From the NCBI GenBank assembly GCA_001303415.1, contig LJTN01000004.1, forward strand, positions 6,067-70,066: a stretch of DNA of 64,000 nt. Reading direction: 5' to 3'. Each line of letters starts with the position of its first letter. Within the stretch, counting starts at the first letter, position 1. Positions 9,230 through 18,046 of this stretch are shown piece after piece. The notes under the pieces were generated by a model. The model had not been told where the DNA came from. It saw nothing but the letters and a program-made list of their open reading frames with translations, and made no database searches. Origin of the DNA: Myxococcales bacterium SG8_38. GTDB taxonomy: Bacteria > Myxococcota_A > Polyangia > Polyangiales > Houyiibacteriaceae. Both the position numbers and the translations under genes were made by a program.

Positions 9230-10780
9230 TCAGAAACGCTCGGATCGGCGGCCGTCCTTGTGGACCACGGCGTAGAGATCCTTCCGGCGGTCAGGCCAGG
9301 TTCGGACGGTGCCGGTGCCTTCGGTGCGCCGAAGAAGCGCGAGATCGAGGTCATGAACGATCATGGTTTCCACGTTGACCGTGCCCTGAGACGCGATGCC
9401 ATCGCGGGCAAAGTGAATGTCCGACGGCGTGAGGATCGCGGCTTGTCCGTAGTGGATGTCGGCGCCCTCGACTTGCGGCAAGTTCCCGACTGCGCCCGCC
9501 ATCACCACGTACATGTGGTTCTCGATCGCGCGCGCCTGCGCGCAGGCTCTCACCCGTACGTGACCAGAGCGAATGTCCGTGTTGTAGGGAATGAACAACA
9601 CGTCCGCTCCTTTGGCCTTGATGATTCGCACCCACTCCGGAAACTCGACGTCGTAGCAGATCGCGATGGCGATCTTGCCTCGGTCGGTTTCGAACACGTG
9701 GATGTCGCGTCCGGCCGTAATCCCCCACCACCGAGCCTCGGAAGGTGTGATGTGCGTCTTGTACTGCTTGTCGATTCGACCGTCACGGTGGAACAGAAAG
9801 GCGATGTTGTGGAGCCGGTTCTTTTCGACGGCGAAATGCGTACCGGCAATGATGTTCACGTTGTATTGGATTGCCATGTCGGTGAAGAACGAGATGTACT
9901 GATCGGTGAATTTGTCGAGCGCGCGTGCCGATTGTGCCGGGCTAGGCCCCGCGACGAGGTTGAGCAGCTGCGTGGTGAGCAGCTCCGGAAACAGCAAAAA
10001 GTCCACGCTGTAGTCGGCCGCGGAGTCGATGAAAAACTCGCACTGAGTCGCAAACTCCTCGAAGCTCGTCACGGGACGCATTTGGTACTGAACTGCCGCG
10101 ACGCGCATGGACCCCGCTGTTCTGCGCCTCGGGTCGGGGGGAACGAACGCAGGGTTGCGCCACTCCATCAAAACGGCGTGTCCGCTGGATGCCTTGTCGC
10201 TCGGAAGGTAGTTCTCGATCACTTCCCGTGCGATGAAGCCATTGGCGATCTGCGCGAGAATGACTGGATCGCGGATCTCCTTGTGCAGCACCTTGGCGAG
10301 ATACTCCTGGGGAGACATCTCGCTTGCATATCGGCTGTATCGGGGCATTCGTCCTCCGAACACGATGCCCCGCAAGTTGAGTCGCTGAGCGAGCTCTTTT
10401 CGCTCGTCGTAGATGCGGCGCGCGAAGCGCTGCCCTCGGAAGTCTGGGTCCACCGCGATGTCGATTCCATAGAGCGTGTCACCATCCGGATCGTGGCTGC
10501 GGATCATGCCGCCCTCGCATATGTCGTGGTAGGTGTGGCTCGCCGGTAAATCTTCGAGGTTGATGATGAGCGAGCTCGACGTGGCCACGACGCGTCCGTC
10601 CACCTCGACGCAAATCTGTCCCTCCGGAAAGAAATCGAGCTGGCTCGAAAACTGCTCCTTGGTCCAAGACTCGAGCTGCGGATAAGCACCTCGGTGCACG
10701 CGCTGCACGTCGCGGTAATCAGACTTCCTGAGCTGTCGTACGACGACCCGCCGCTTTCCTGGTGGTTGACTGTTGGCCAT
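9230..10780 (-). CDS. bifunctional GNAT N-acetyltransferase / carbon-nitrogen hydrolase (nitrilase superfamily) fusion protein
   Basis: N-terminal GNAT core (IAVDPDFRGQRFARRIY). The C-terminal CN-hydrolase has Glu (LLFPELL), Lys and Cys (IAIAICYDVEFPEW) contexts. Confidence 0.8.
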   Translation of the reverse strand: MANSQPPGKRRVVVRQLRKSDYRDVQRVHRGAYPQLESWTKEQFSSQLDFFPEGQICVEVDGRVVATSSSLIINLEDLPASHTYHDICEGGMIRSHDPDGDTLYGIDIAVDPDFRGQRFARRIYDERKELAQRLNLRGIVFGGRMPRYSRYASEMSPQEYLAKVLHKEIRDPVILAQIANGFIAREVIENYLPSDKASSGHAVLMEWRNPAFVPPDPRRRTAGSMRVAAVQYQMRPVTSFEEFATQCEFFIDSAADYSVDFLLFPELLTTQLLNLVAGPSPAQSARALDKFTDQYISFFTDMAIQYNVNIIAGTHFAVEKNRLHNIAFLFHRDGRIDKQYKTHITPSEARWWGITAGRDIHVFETDRGKIAIAICYDVEFPEWVRIIKAKGADVLFIPYNTDIRSGHVRVRACAQARAIENHMYVVMAGAVGNLPQVEGADIHYGQAAILTPSDIHFARDGIASQGTVNVETMIVHDLDLALLRRTEGTGTVRTWPDRRKDLYAVVHKDGRRSERF

Positions 10781-10846
10781 GACCGACGCTTAGCAGGCGA
10801 CGGCCAAGGAGTCATGGCACAGCCGAGCCCCGAGCTTCCGCCGAGG

Positions 10847-11968
10847 TCAGCCTTGGCCCAAGACCTTTCGCCTGAACTGCCGGATCAGGGGAATCTCATC
10901 GAGCCATGCCGATGCGTCTGCTCGGTCGTCCTGATGCTCGCTTTGGGGGCCGGCGAAGCCCTCGGGAATCTGACTGAACTGCACAGGCCCATCAGCAGTT
11001 TCGTCGACGAAGTGATACTCGTACCCGGGCACGAAGAGATCTTCGTCGGCGACCACGTCGACCGTGCGAACCCCGTACGTCGAGAGCTCGGTGGTCAGAG
11101 CCTGAGGTGGAATGATCCAAGCATGCTTGGGGCCGGCCACGAACATGTACTGCACCTGCCGGTTGCGCGACAGAATGCGAAATCTTTGGAGCTCTCCATG
11201 GTAGAGCACGCTCTTCAGCTGGCTCACCTCGAGGACGCCCTTCGTGAAGTCGGGCTCGAATCCGGTGACGATCTGGAGCGACGTCGGATCGTTCTTTCGG
11301 GTGAACCGGGCAATGCGCCGACCGCCGTGAATGAGATTGCGTGGATTCCGAGCTGCCTTTCTGCGTGGCTCTGAGAAATCGCTGTAGGGCGCGATGCGGG
11401 TGCGCGGGGCATTACGTAGGACCAGAAACAAAGCCTGGTGATCGATGCGGGCTCGCCGTGTCCTCTCGTTGATCGTATCGAGCGCGCCTTGCACCTCGAA
11501 CGGCAAGTCGGTAGTCGATTCGACGCACTCGGTGTGCTCGAACCCGCCGCGGCGCACGGTCCTGACGTCTCCCTTTCCGATCCAGAAGTCGCCGTCGTCT
11601 GCGATCATGTGGGAAGCCGCGCGCCAAACGAGCGAGAGGTCTTTGTAGAAAATGCGTGGAAAGATTTCGAGCGGGCCGCTCGCTCGCGGCCGCTGCACGA
11701 CGTAGGCGACCAGAAACCGAATGGCAGGGTTCTTTCGAACATTCGTGAGATAGAAACGCGTATCGAACAGCGACACCTCATACTTGGGCAGGTATCCCGA
11801 GCACAGCAGCCTTTCGGGATCGTCCTTGGCCTCACCCGCCGGTCGAATCTTGGCGCCACCGTCGATGAGCTTCTGAAAGTCGCGCGCCACTTGCTTAGGG
11901 CTCGCGTCCGTGGGCTCGACGCTGGGTACGATGCGAGTCGGGATGGCTGCGCTCATGGTGGGCCCCAA
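10847..11968 (-). CDS. hypothetical protein, no family recognised
   Basis: 373-aa ORF with coding-like, G/C-dominated third positions. It is co-directional with, and 66 bp upstream of, the GNAT-nitrilase gene, and divergent from greB. No motif I can name. Confidence 0.6.
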   Translation of the reverse strand: MGPTMSAAIPTRIVPSVEPTDASPKQVARDFQKLIDGGAKIRPAGEAKDDPERLLCSGYLPKYEVSLFDTRFYLTNVRKNPAIRFLVAYVVQRPRASGPLEIFPRIFYKDLSLVWRAASHMIADDGDFWIGKGDVRTVRRGGFEHTECVESTTDLPFEVQGALDTINERTRRARIDHQALFLVLRNAPRTRIAPYSDFSEPRRKAARNPRNLIHGGRRIARFTRKNDPTSLQIVTGFEPDFTKGVLEVSQLKSVLYHGELQRFRILSRNRQVQYMFVAGPKHAWIIPPQALTTELSTYGVRTVDVVADEDLFVPGYEYHFVDETADGPVQFSQIPEGFAGPQSEHQDDRADASAWLDEIPLIRQFRRKVLGQG

Positions 11969-12044
11969 TCTTCACCGGCTCTCGATCGAACGCAACTTGG
12001 AAGTCTGTATGCGCTGGGCTTGCTGGGTGGTAGAAGAAGGGGCC

Positions 12045-12578
12045 ATGAGCAGGCGCCGAACACGACCCGATACCTCTGGAAAGCCTGGCTATGTCACGCC
12101 TGAAGGCTATCGCCGCTTCGAAGAGGAAGCGGACCGCCTGTGGAACGAGGATCGCCCGAAGATGGCCAAGGCGGTCCAAGTCGCGGCCGCCGAAGGCGAC
12201 CGATCCGAGAATGCCGAGTACCAGTACAGCAAACAGCGGCTCGCCGCGATCGACCGGCGGCTTCGATTTCTGGGACAGCGGCTCGATGTGCTGACCATCG
12301 TCGACCAAAAGCCGCCCGACGACGGACGGGTCTATTTCGGGAGCTGGGTCACGCTCGAAGACGAAGACGGCGCCGTGCAAGTCTATCGGATCGTCGGGCC
12401 GGACGAGATCGATGCCAAGAAGGGATGGATCAGCATGGATTCTCCAGTCGGAAGGTCGCTCTTGTCGCGGGAGGTCGGAGACGAGCTCACCATCCAGCGT
12501 CCGAGGGGCGAAGTGACGTACGAGATCGTCGAGGTGCGAAATACGCCCCCCGACGGATCCAGAGGGAAGGACGCATGA
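12045..12578 (+). CDS. greB: transcription elongation factor GreB (GreA/GreB family)
   Basis: Internal ATG 12045 behind GAAGAAGGGG. Gre coiled-coil with acidic tip (AAAEGDRSENAEYQYSKQRL) and a C-terminal globular domain (MDSPVGRSLL). Confidence 0.8.
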   Translation: MSRRRTRPDTSGKPGYVTPEGYRRFEEEADRLWNEDRPKMAKAVQVAAAEGDRSENAEYQYSKQRLAAIDRRLRFLGQRLDVLTIVDQKPPDDGRVYFGSWVTLEDEDGAVQVYRIVGPDEIDAKKGWISMDSPVGRSLLSREVGDELTIQRPRGEVTYEIVEVRNTPPDGSRGKDA

Positions 12579-12658
12579 GCGGCCAGCGAGAGGATGTTGG
12601 CGACCTTTTCACCGTCGTCGACACACTCAACGGCCTCTGACTGGGACACGCGTTGCGC

Positions 12659-13141
12659 TCAGGAGAAGGGGTTGGGCTGCCACATGCGGACGCCCAGTAG
12701 GAAGGGGATGATCCAGTATGGTCCGTTGAATGCCCAGAAGACGAGCGGGTTTCCTGGAGGAGGGCCGATCCAGTACTCGTAGATGAGGAACTCGGTACAG
12801 CCGTGCAACATGGCGCCGACGTAGACGAGCGCCATGGGCCGAATCCAGTTCTTCCCCTTGATGAACGCGTAGACCAGCAGAAGATAGAACGGCCCATATA
12901 CGAGACCCGAGATCCCCGTGTTGACCCGAACGAACTCGTGCTCAGCCATGAAGAAGTAGTCTTGGGCGACCTCCGCGTACCAGCGGTTGGCCCGAGACCA
13001 GAAGGCATCGCCCTCGAGCAGGCCGAGCGCGTGCCAGGAATCCGAAAAGAAGGAAGAGAACGCGAAAAACGAAAAGCTGACGACGAAGAAAATGTCCCGC
13101 TTTCGTTGGCTGAGCGGCAAACCGTCACTGGATCCAGCCAT
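12659..13141 (-). CDS. EXPERA-domain membrane protein resembling TMEM97 / sigma-2 receptor (EBP superfamily)
   Basis: ATG 13141 behind GGGAGGA. The 160-aa, 4-TM protein has WYAEVAQD, YAFIKGKNWIRPMALVY and GPYWIIPFLL. These line up with the TMEM97 motifs as I recall them: WYAKEFKD, YAFLKGSCKWIRTPAIIY and APYLLIPFIL. Confidence 0.55.
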   Translation of the reverse strand: MAGSSDGLPLSQRKRDIFFVVSFSFFAFSSFFSDSWHALGLLEGDAFWSRANRWYAEVAQDYFFMAEHEFVRVNTGISGLVYGPFYLLLVYAFIKGKNWIRPMALVYVGAMLHGCTEFLIYEYWIGPPPGNPLVFWAFNGPYWIIPFLLGVRMWQPNPFS

Positions 13142-13268
13142 CTGTCCTCCCGAAAAACGGCCCCACGTATAACACCTATTCGGGACGGCGAGCGATGCTA
13201 AATTCGCGTGCTCCTCTGGACGACGATCGCCTTTGGCTAAAGGCCTCCGGCTTTTCGTGGCACTCGGT

Positions 13269-14177
13269 CTAGGACTGGCTGCGGCGTCGCGCTCGACGTG
13301 AAACCGCGTCCAACACCCGCGCAAAGAGGGCTGCATCCCGTGATTCCGGTTCACGCTGATCCGTCTTCTTACCCGACTCGGGATACAGCCGATAAGCAGC
13401 GTTCAGGACTCGATCGACCGCCCTCGGCGCCATCCCATACGCGAGCTCGAATGCGTTGCCGACCGGCGTGGCGACGCGCTTCGGGCGATCGATGATGCCC
13501 TCGACGATCAGCTCTGTCGCTTCTTCGGGGGAACGCGCAGGGAAAGCGTCGTAGATGGTCGTCGACGCCATCATCGGCGTCTTGACCAGAGGCATGTAGA
13601 TGGTGGTCACTTTCACCCCATCCTCGAGGGTTTCCACCGCCAACACGCGGCTGAACGCATCGAGGGCCGCTTTGCTCGCAAGGTAGGCTCCGTAGCGCGG
13701 CACGTTCACTTGAGCTCCGATCGTCGACACGTTGAGAATGTGTCCGTCTTTCCTCTCACGCATGCCCGGCACGAAACCCAAGATGAGCCGCACCGCGCCG
13801 AGAAAGTTCAGCGCAATCGTTCGTTCGAAGTCCTGGATCCGATCGTAGGACTTGGCGACGCTTCGGCGAATCGAAATGCCGGCATTGTTTATCAGAATGT
13901 CCACGTGACCGTGCTCGCGGACTATGGCCGCGATGGCTCGCTGGGTATCTGGCCCGTCCGATAGGTCGCAGGGATGGACGAATGCGGTCCCGCCCCGACT
14001 TTCGATTGCCTGCTTGACCTGAGCGAGCTTCTCGGCCGACCGTGCGATTAGCAAGACGATGGCGCCCGCGTCGGCCAATCGATGCGCGAGGGCTTCCCCG
14101 ATTCCGCTCGACGCACCGGTGACCACGACCTTGCGGCCGCAAACCCGCGCGCGGAGCTCGTCGTTCGCGCTTCTCAC
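13269..14177 (-). CDS. SDR-family oxidoreductase (classical, COG0300-like)
   Basis: VVVTGASSGIGEA, NNAG and YLASKAA motifs. The GTG start at 14177 overlaps the stop of the upstream AGPS-like gene (GTGA). The upstream 155 codons of ORF 13269-14642 are an R/P-rich shadow. Confidence 0.8.
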   Translation of the reverse strand: MRSANDELRARVCGRKVVVTGASSGIGEALAHRLADAGAIVLLIARSAEKLAQVKQAIESRGGTAFVHPCDLSDGPDTQRAIAAIVREHGHVDILINNAGISIRRSVAKSYDRIQDFERTIALNFLGAVRLILGFVPGMRERKDGHILNVSTIGAQVNVPRYGAYLASKAALDAFSRVLAVETLEDGVKVTTIYMPLVKTPMMASTTIYDAFPARSPEEATELIVEGIIDRPKRVATPVGNAFELAYGMAPRAVDRVLNAAYRLYPESGKKTDQREPESRDAALFARVLDAVSRRARRRSQS

Positions 14178-15889
14178 GGGAACCGACGTTCCTCGTCGGG
14201 CAGATCGAGCGCCAGCGTGCCGCCGGGATTGAGCACGTTGTGTGGATCGAAGTGGCGCTTGAGCGCTCGAAACACCTCGAGCTCGTTGCTGCCGATCTGG
14301 CCCTCGAGCCACGGCGCCGTCATCTTTCCGATGCCGTGGTGGTGGCTCATCGTCGCGCCCGAAGACTGGATGGCATCGAGCATGCCTCGATGGAAGTCGA
14401 CGAACTCCTGGTGGCCCATCTTGGCAATGAAGATGAAGTAGAGATTGGCTCCCTGGGGATAGCAGTGAGACATGTGGGTCATGCAAATGGTCTTGGGCCG
14501 GCTCTTGACGTACGCCCGCACGTGCTCGTGCACCTTCGGGAGCTGCTCCCAGTTCGTGGCGCATTCGAGGGTATCGATCAGAATGCCGAAGTCCTGTACG
14601 TCCTCGCGCATGTAGGGATCGGTGAACCGGCCGTGCTCCCACTTCTTCGTGATCAAGCCGGTCGTGTACATCCCGCCATGGGCGCTACAAACCTGGCGAA
14701 TGCGCCGCTTGACCATGCTGGTGTAGGCGGCGTCACCGTCCGTGGTGCCCAGGAGCAGGCACCGTTCTCCCTTCTTGCATCCTCGCAGGCTGACCAGCGT
14801 ATCGATTGGAGTGCCTTCCACGCCGTAGAGCTTGAAGGCTATGTCGGTCTCTTCGGGATCGGACAGCCGGAAAACGGAAGGAAACCCGAACCCACCTTGC
14901 ATGATCTCGCGAACGGCAGCGACCGCACGGGGCCAGTCCGGAAAAATGAAGCTGAAGCGGCGCGTGTTTTGCGGATTGTGACGAAAGATCTTCAGCGTAA
15001 CCTCGATCAGGATTCCGTAGGCGCCTTCGCTGCCGATCATGATCTGGTCGAGGTTTGGCCCCGTCGCATAGGCAGGCACGTCGACCGTCTCGATGGTGCC
15101 GACCGGTGTGACGTACTTCTGGCTCAGCACCAGGTCTTCGGCCTTGCCGTAGTAGGTGGAGTTCTGGCCCGCACCGCGTGTGACGACCCAACCTCCGATG
15201 GACGAATATTCGAAAGACTGCGGGAACTGGCCGCAGGTGTACGCGTGGGGCGCCTTGAAACGCTGACGAGCATCGTTGAGCGCTTCCTCCAGGGCAGGCC
15301 CGAGAATCCCTGGCTCCACCGTCACGGTCTGATTCACCGGGTTGAGCGAGAGGATTCGGTTCATGTGCGTGCCCAGATGAATGGACACCCCTGCTCGGTA
15401 GCACTCAGTCCCACGGGTGACGCTCGAGCCAGCGCCGAACGTGTAGAGCGGGATTCTCTGCTCGTGGCAGTAGCCGACGATCTCTTCGACGTCTTGGCCG
15501 TGGCGAGGATGTAGAACGAGGTCGGGCAGATTCTCGACTTGGTGGTCTCGCAGGCGAAGCGCATCGAGCATCGTCTTGCCGTAGGAGACGCGCAGCCGGT
15601 CATACTCGTCGTCGCTCACGTTCTCTTCGCCTAGAAGGCCACGAAAGAAGGCGACCTGCTCCGGCCGAAGCGAGATAGGTGCATCCACCTTCACCTCTTC
15701 CAAGCCGAGCTTCTGTGGCGTTCGGAAGTACTCGTCGTCGAGGTCGAACGTCTCCTTCATGAGCGCGTATAGACGAGGATTCGGATGCTTGTAAGCCTCC
15801 GGGGCTCCCCATTTGAATGCCGATCGATACGAGCGCTCTGGGAGCGACCCCTCGAACCATTCTGGCGTGAAAGAATCCTTGCTCGTCAT
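14174..15889 (-). CDS. FAD-linked oxidase resembling alkyl-dihydroxyacetonephosphate synthase (AGPS)
   Basis: Internal ATG at 15889. Matching blocks are PDLVLHPRHGQDVEEIV, GGWVVTRGAGQNSTYYGKAEDLV, ATGPNLDQIMIGSEGAYGILIEVTLKI and the tri-His loop SHHHGIGK. These match my recollection of eukaryotic AGPS. Confidence 0.75.
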   Translation of the reverse strand: MTSKDSFTPEWFEGSLPERSYRSAFKWGAPEAYKHPNPRLYALMKETFDLDDEYFRTPQKLGLEEVKVDAPISLRPEQVAFFRGLLGEENVSDDEYDRLRVSYGKTMLDALRLRDHQVENLPDLVLHPRHGQDVEEIVGYCHEQRIPLYTFGAGSSVTRGTECYRAGVSIHLGTHMNRILSLNPVNQTVTVEPGILGPALEEALNDARQRFKAPHAYTCGQFPQSFEYSSIGGWVVTRGAGQNSTYYGKAEDLVLSQKYVTPVGTIETVDVPAYATGPNLDQIMIGSEGAYGILIEVTLKIFRHNPQNTRRFSFIFPDWPRAVAAVREIMQGGFGFPSVFRLSDPEETDIAFKLYGVEGTPIDTLVSLRGCKKGERCLLLGTTDGDAAYTSMVKRRIRQVCSAHGGMYTTGLITKKWEHGRFTDPYMREDVQDFGILIDTLECATNWEQLPKVHEHVRAYVKSRPKTICMTHMSHCYPQGANLYFIFIAKMGHQEFVDFHRGMLDAIQSSGATMSHHHGIGKMTAPWLEGQIGSNELEVFRALKRHFDPHNVLNPGGTLALDLPDEERRFP

Positions 15890-15959
15890 ATGGTTCTGGA
15901 AGATACCATGCACCGGGCATCTCACGCTGGGAGAAGAGGCTACCGATGAGGAATGGACG

Positions 15960-16742
15960 ATGACTGCGAGGGAAGTCGCCTTGATCACTGGCGCATCGAT
16001 GGGCATTGGCGCGGAGCTGGCAAGGCTCTTCGCCGCAGATGGTCGCGATCTCGTGCTGGTGGCCCGCACCGAGGACAAGCTCCGCAGCCTCGCTCAGGAG
16101 CTGGAGACCGCGCACGGCATCACCGCTCATGTCGTGCCTTGCGATCTTTCCAATCCCGCGGCCCCCGCGGAGCTGTTCGAGACGCTCGAAGGCAGGGGTC
16201 TTCAGGTCGACTACTTGGTCAACAACGCCGGCTTTGGAGCCACAGGCGCTTTCGCGGAGCTTTCTTTGCAGCTCCAGATGGACATGCTCCAAGTGAACAT
16301 CGACGCGCTGGTCGCCCTCACACATCTTGCGCTGCAGGGAATGCTCGCCCGCAACAAAGGCCGAATCCTGAACATCGCGTCCACTGCGGGATTCCAACCG
16401 GGCCCAGACATGGCCGTCTACTACGCGAGCAAGTCGTTCGTCATCATGTTCTCGGAAGGAATCGCCGAAGAGGTGAAAAGCCATGGGGTGACCGTCACTG
16501 CGCACTGCCCCGGGGCCACTGCAACGAACTTCGCGCAAACGGCAGGCAACGCACAGAGCTTTCTATTCAAGCTCGGTGCAGCGCCGCCGGACAAGGTCGC
16601 CCGGCACGCCTATCGATCGATGATGAAGGGCAAGGTCCTTGCCATCGAAGGCTTCATGAACCGCTTGGTGGCATTCAGCATCCGCTTCTCGCCCCGAGTA
16701 TTGGTCCGAAAAATCGCTCGTTGGCTCAACCAGACCGGGTAG
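15960..16742 (+). CDS. SDR-family oxidoreductase
   Basis: ATG 15960 behind GAGGAA. ALITGASMGIGAE, NNAG and YYASKSF motifs. It is divergent from the AGPS-like gene across a 70-bp spacer. Confidence 0.8.
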   Translation: MTAREVALITGASMGIGAELARLFAADGRDLVLVARTEDKLRSLAQELETAHGITAHVVPCDLSNPAAPAELFETLEGRGLQVDYLVNNAGFGATGAFAELSLQLQMDMLQVNIDALVALTHLALQGMLARNKGRILNIASTAGFQPGPDMAVYYASKSFVIMFSEGIAEEVKSHGVTVTAHCPGATATNFAQTAGNAQSFLFKLGAAPPDKVARHAYRSMMKGKVLAIEGFMNRLVAFSIRFSPRVLVRKIARWLNQTG

Positions 16743-16749
16743 ATCCGAG

Positions 16750-17958
16750 TCAGGCGTATTTCTTGAGCTCGAGCCTCGCGACCATGCCTCGATGAACCTC
16801 GTCGGGGCCATCGGCGATGCGGAGCGCTCGGGCCATGGCCAGCAACCGCGTGAGCTCGGGATCCGCCATGCCTTCGCCGCCGTGTATCTGGATCGCCGCA
16901 TCGACGACCGACTGCAACACGTTCGGGGCGATGACCTTGATCGCAGAGATGTCGACCAAGGCGCCAAACGTCCCGTAGGTATCGAGCGCCCAGGCGGCTT
17001 TGAGCGTGAGGAGTCGGGCCTGATCGATCGCCATGCGCGAGTTGGCGATGATGTCTCGGTTGCCGCCCAAGTTCGCGAGCGGCTTGCCAAAGGCGACCCG
17101 GTGGACCGCACGCTCACAAAGGCGCTGCAGGGCGCGCTCCGCCGCTCCGATGGCCCGCATGCAGTGGTGAATGCGTCCGGGACCCAGCCGGCCCTGCGCG
17201 ATCTCGAAGCCACGACCCGGCCCTGCGATGATGCTGCTCACCGGCAGGCGCACGTCTTCGAACGAGATCTCGGCATGACCGTGCGGCTCGTCCAAGTCTC
17301 CAAATACCGGCACCATGCGGAGGACGTTCACGCCTGGCGCATCGGACGGCACGAGCACCATGGAGTGCCGCTCGTGGCGTCCGCCATTGGGGTCGGTGAC
17401 TCCCATGAAAATGTAGAAGGCGCAGCGCGGGTCCCCTGCGCCGCTGGTCCACCACTTCTGACCGTTGAGCACTACCTCGTCGCCCACGACCTCACACGTC
17501 GCTTGCATGTTCGTAGCATCGCTCGAGGCCACCGCGGGCTCGGTCATCGCGAAACCGGATCGAATCTCTCCGGAAAGCAGCGGCTCGAGCCAACGCTTCT
17601 TTTGCTCGTCTGATCCGTACTTGACCAAGACCTCGGCGTTACCCGTATCGGGTGCGCTGCAGTTGAATACCTCCGGCGCCAAGAAGCTCCGGCCTGTAAT
17701 CTCGGCAATGGGCGCATAGTCGCGGTTGTCTAGGCCCGCGCCGTACTCCTCGTCGGGTAGGAAGAGATTCCAGAGCCCGAGCTCCTTGGCTTCGGCTTTG
17801 AGCTTCTCGATGATGGGAGGGATCTTCCACTGCCGCCAATCATCGGTGCCCACCCGCTCATCGAGGTACCTCTGCTCGTTGGGTAGAACCCGCTCCCGCA
17901 CGAAACGCTCGACCTGACGCATCAGGTTTTTCGCTCGCTCCGAATGCTCGAAATCCAT
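16750..17958 (-). CDS. acyl-CoA dehydrogenase
   Basis: ATG at 17958. Typical ACAD N, middle and C domains ([24 protein letters not shown]). Confidence 0.85.
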   Translation of the reverse strand: MDFEHSERAKNLMRQVERFVRERVLPNEQRYLDERVGTDDWRQWKIPPIIEKLKAEAKELGLWNLFLPDEEYGAGLDNRDYAPIAEITGRSFLAPEVFNCSAPDTGNAEVLVKYGSDEQKKRWLEPLLSGEIRSGFAMTEPAVASSDATNMQATCEVVGDEVVLNGQKWWTSGAGDPRCAFYIFMGVTDPNGGRHERHSMVLVPSDAPGVNVLRMVPVFGDLDEPHGHAEISFEDVRLPVSSIIAGPGRGFEIAQGRLGPGRIHHCMRAIGAAERALQRLCERAVHRVAFGKPLANLGGNRDIIANSRMAIDQARLLTLKAAWALDTYGTFGALVDISAIKVIAPNVLQSVVDAAIQIHGGEGMADPELTRLLAMARALRIADGPDEVHRGMVARLELKKYA

Positions 17959-18046
17959 GGTTGTTCTAATACCGCATGCAAGCGAGGAATTCACGTGGGA
18001 AGTGGGCCCGTCTTGGTGCTAGGGTGCGCCCCCAGCGGAGCTCCAC

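Noticed and set aside
14178-14642. N-terminal 155-codon extension of the SDR ORF (13269-14642)
   Set aside because: The extension is Arg/Pro-rich and overlaps the AGPS-like coding region in another frame. The SDR Rossmann motif begins right after GTG 14177, which overlaps the upstream stop.
15897-15912. TGGAAGataccaTGCA between the AGPS-like gene and the divergent SDR as a sigma-54 promoter
   Set aside because: The spacing is right, but the -24 element is TGGAAG rather than TGGCAC and there is no nearby enhancer-like palindrome. GG-N10-GC alone is expected by chance in GC-rich DNA.
15600-16538. 312-aa minus-strand ORF across the AGPS-like 5' end and the divergent SDR
   Set aside because: It is out of frame with, or antisense to, two genes with strong motifs, and no family is recognisable.
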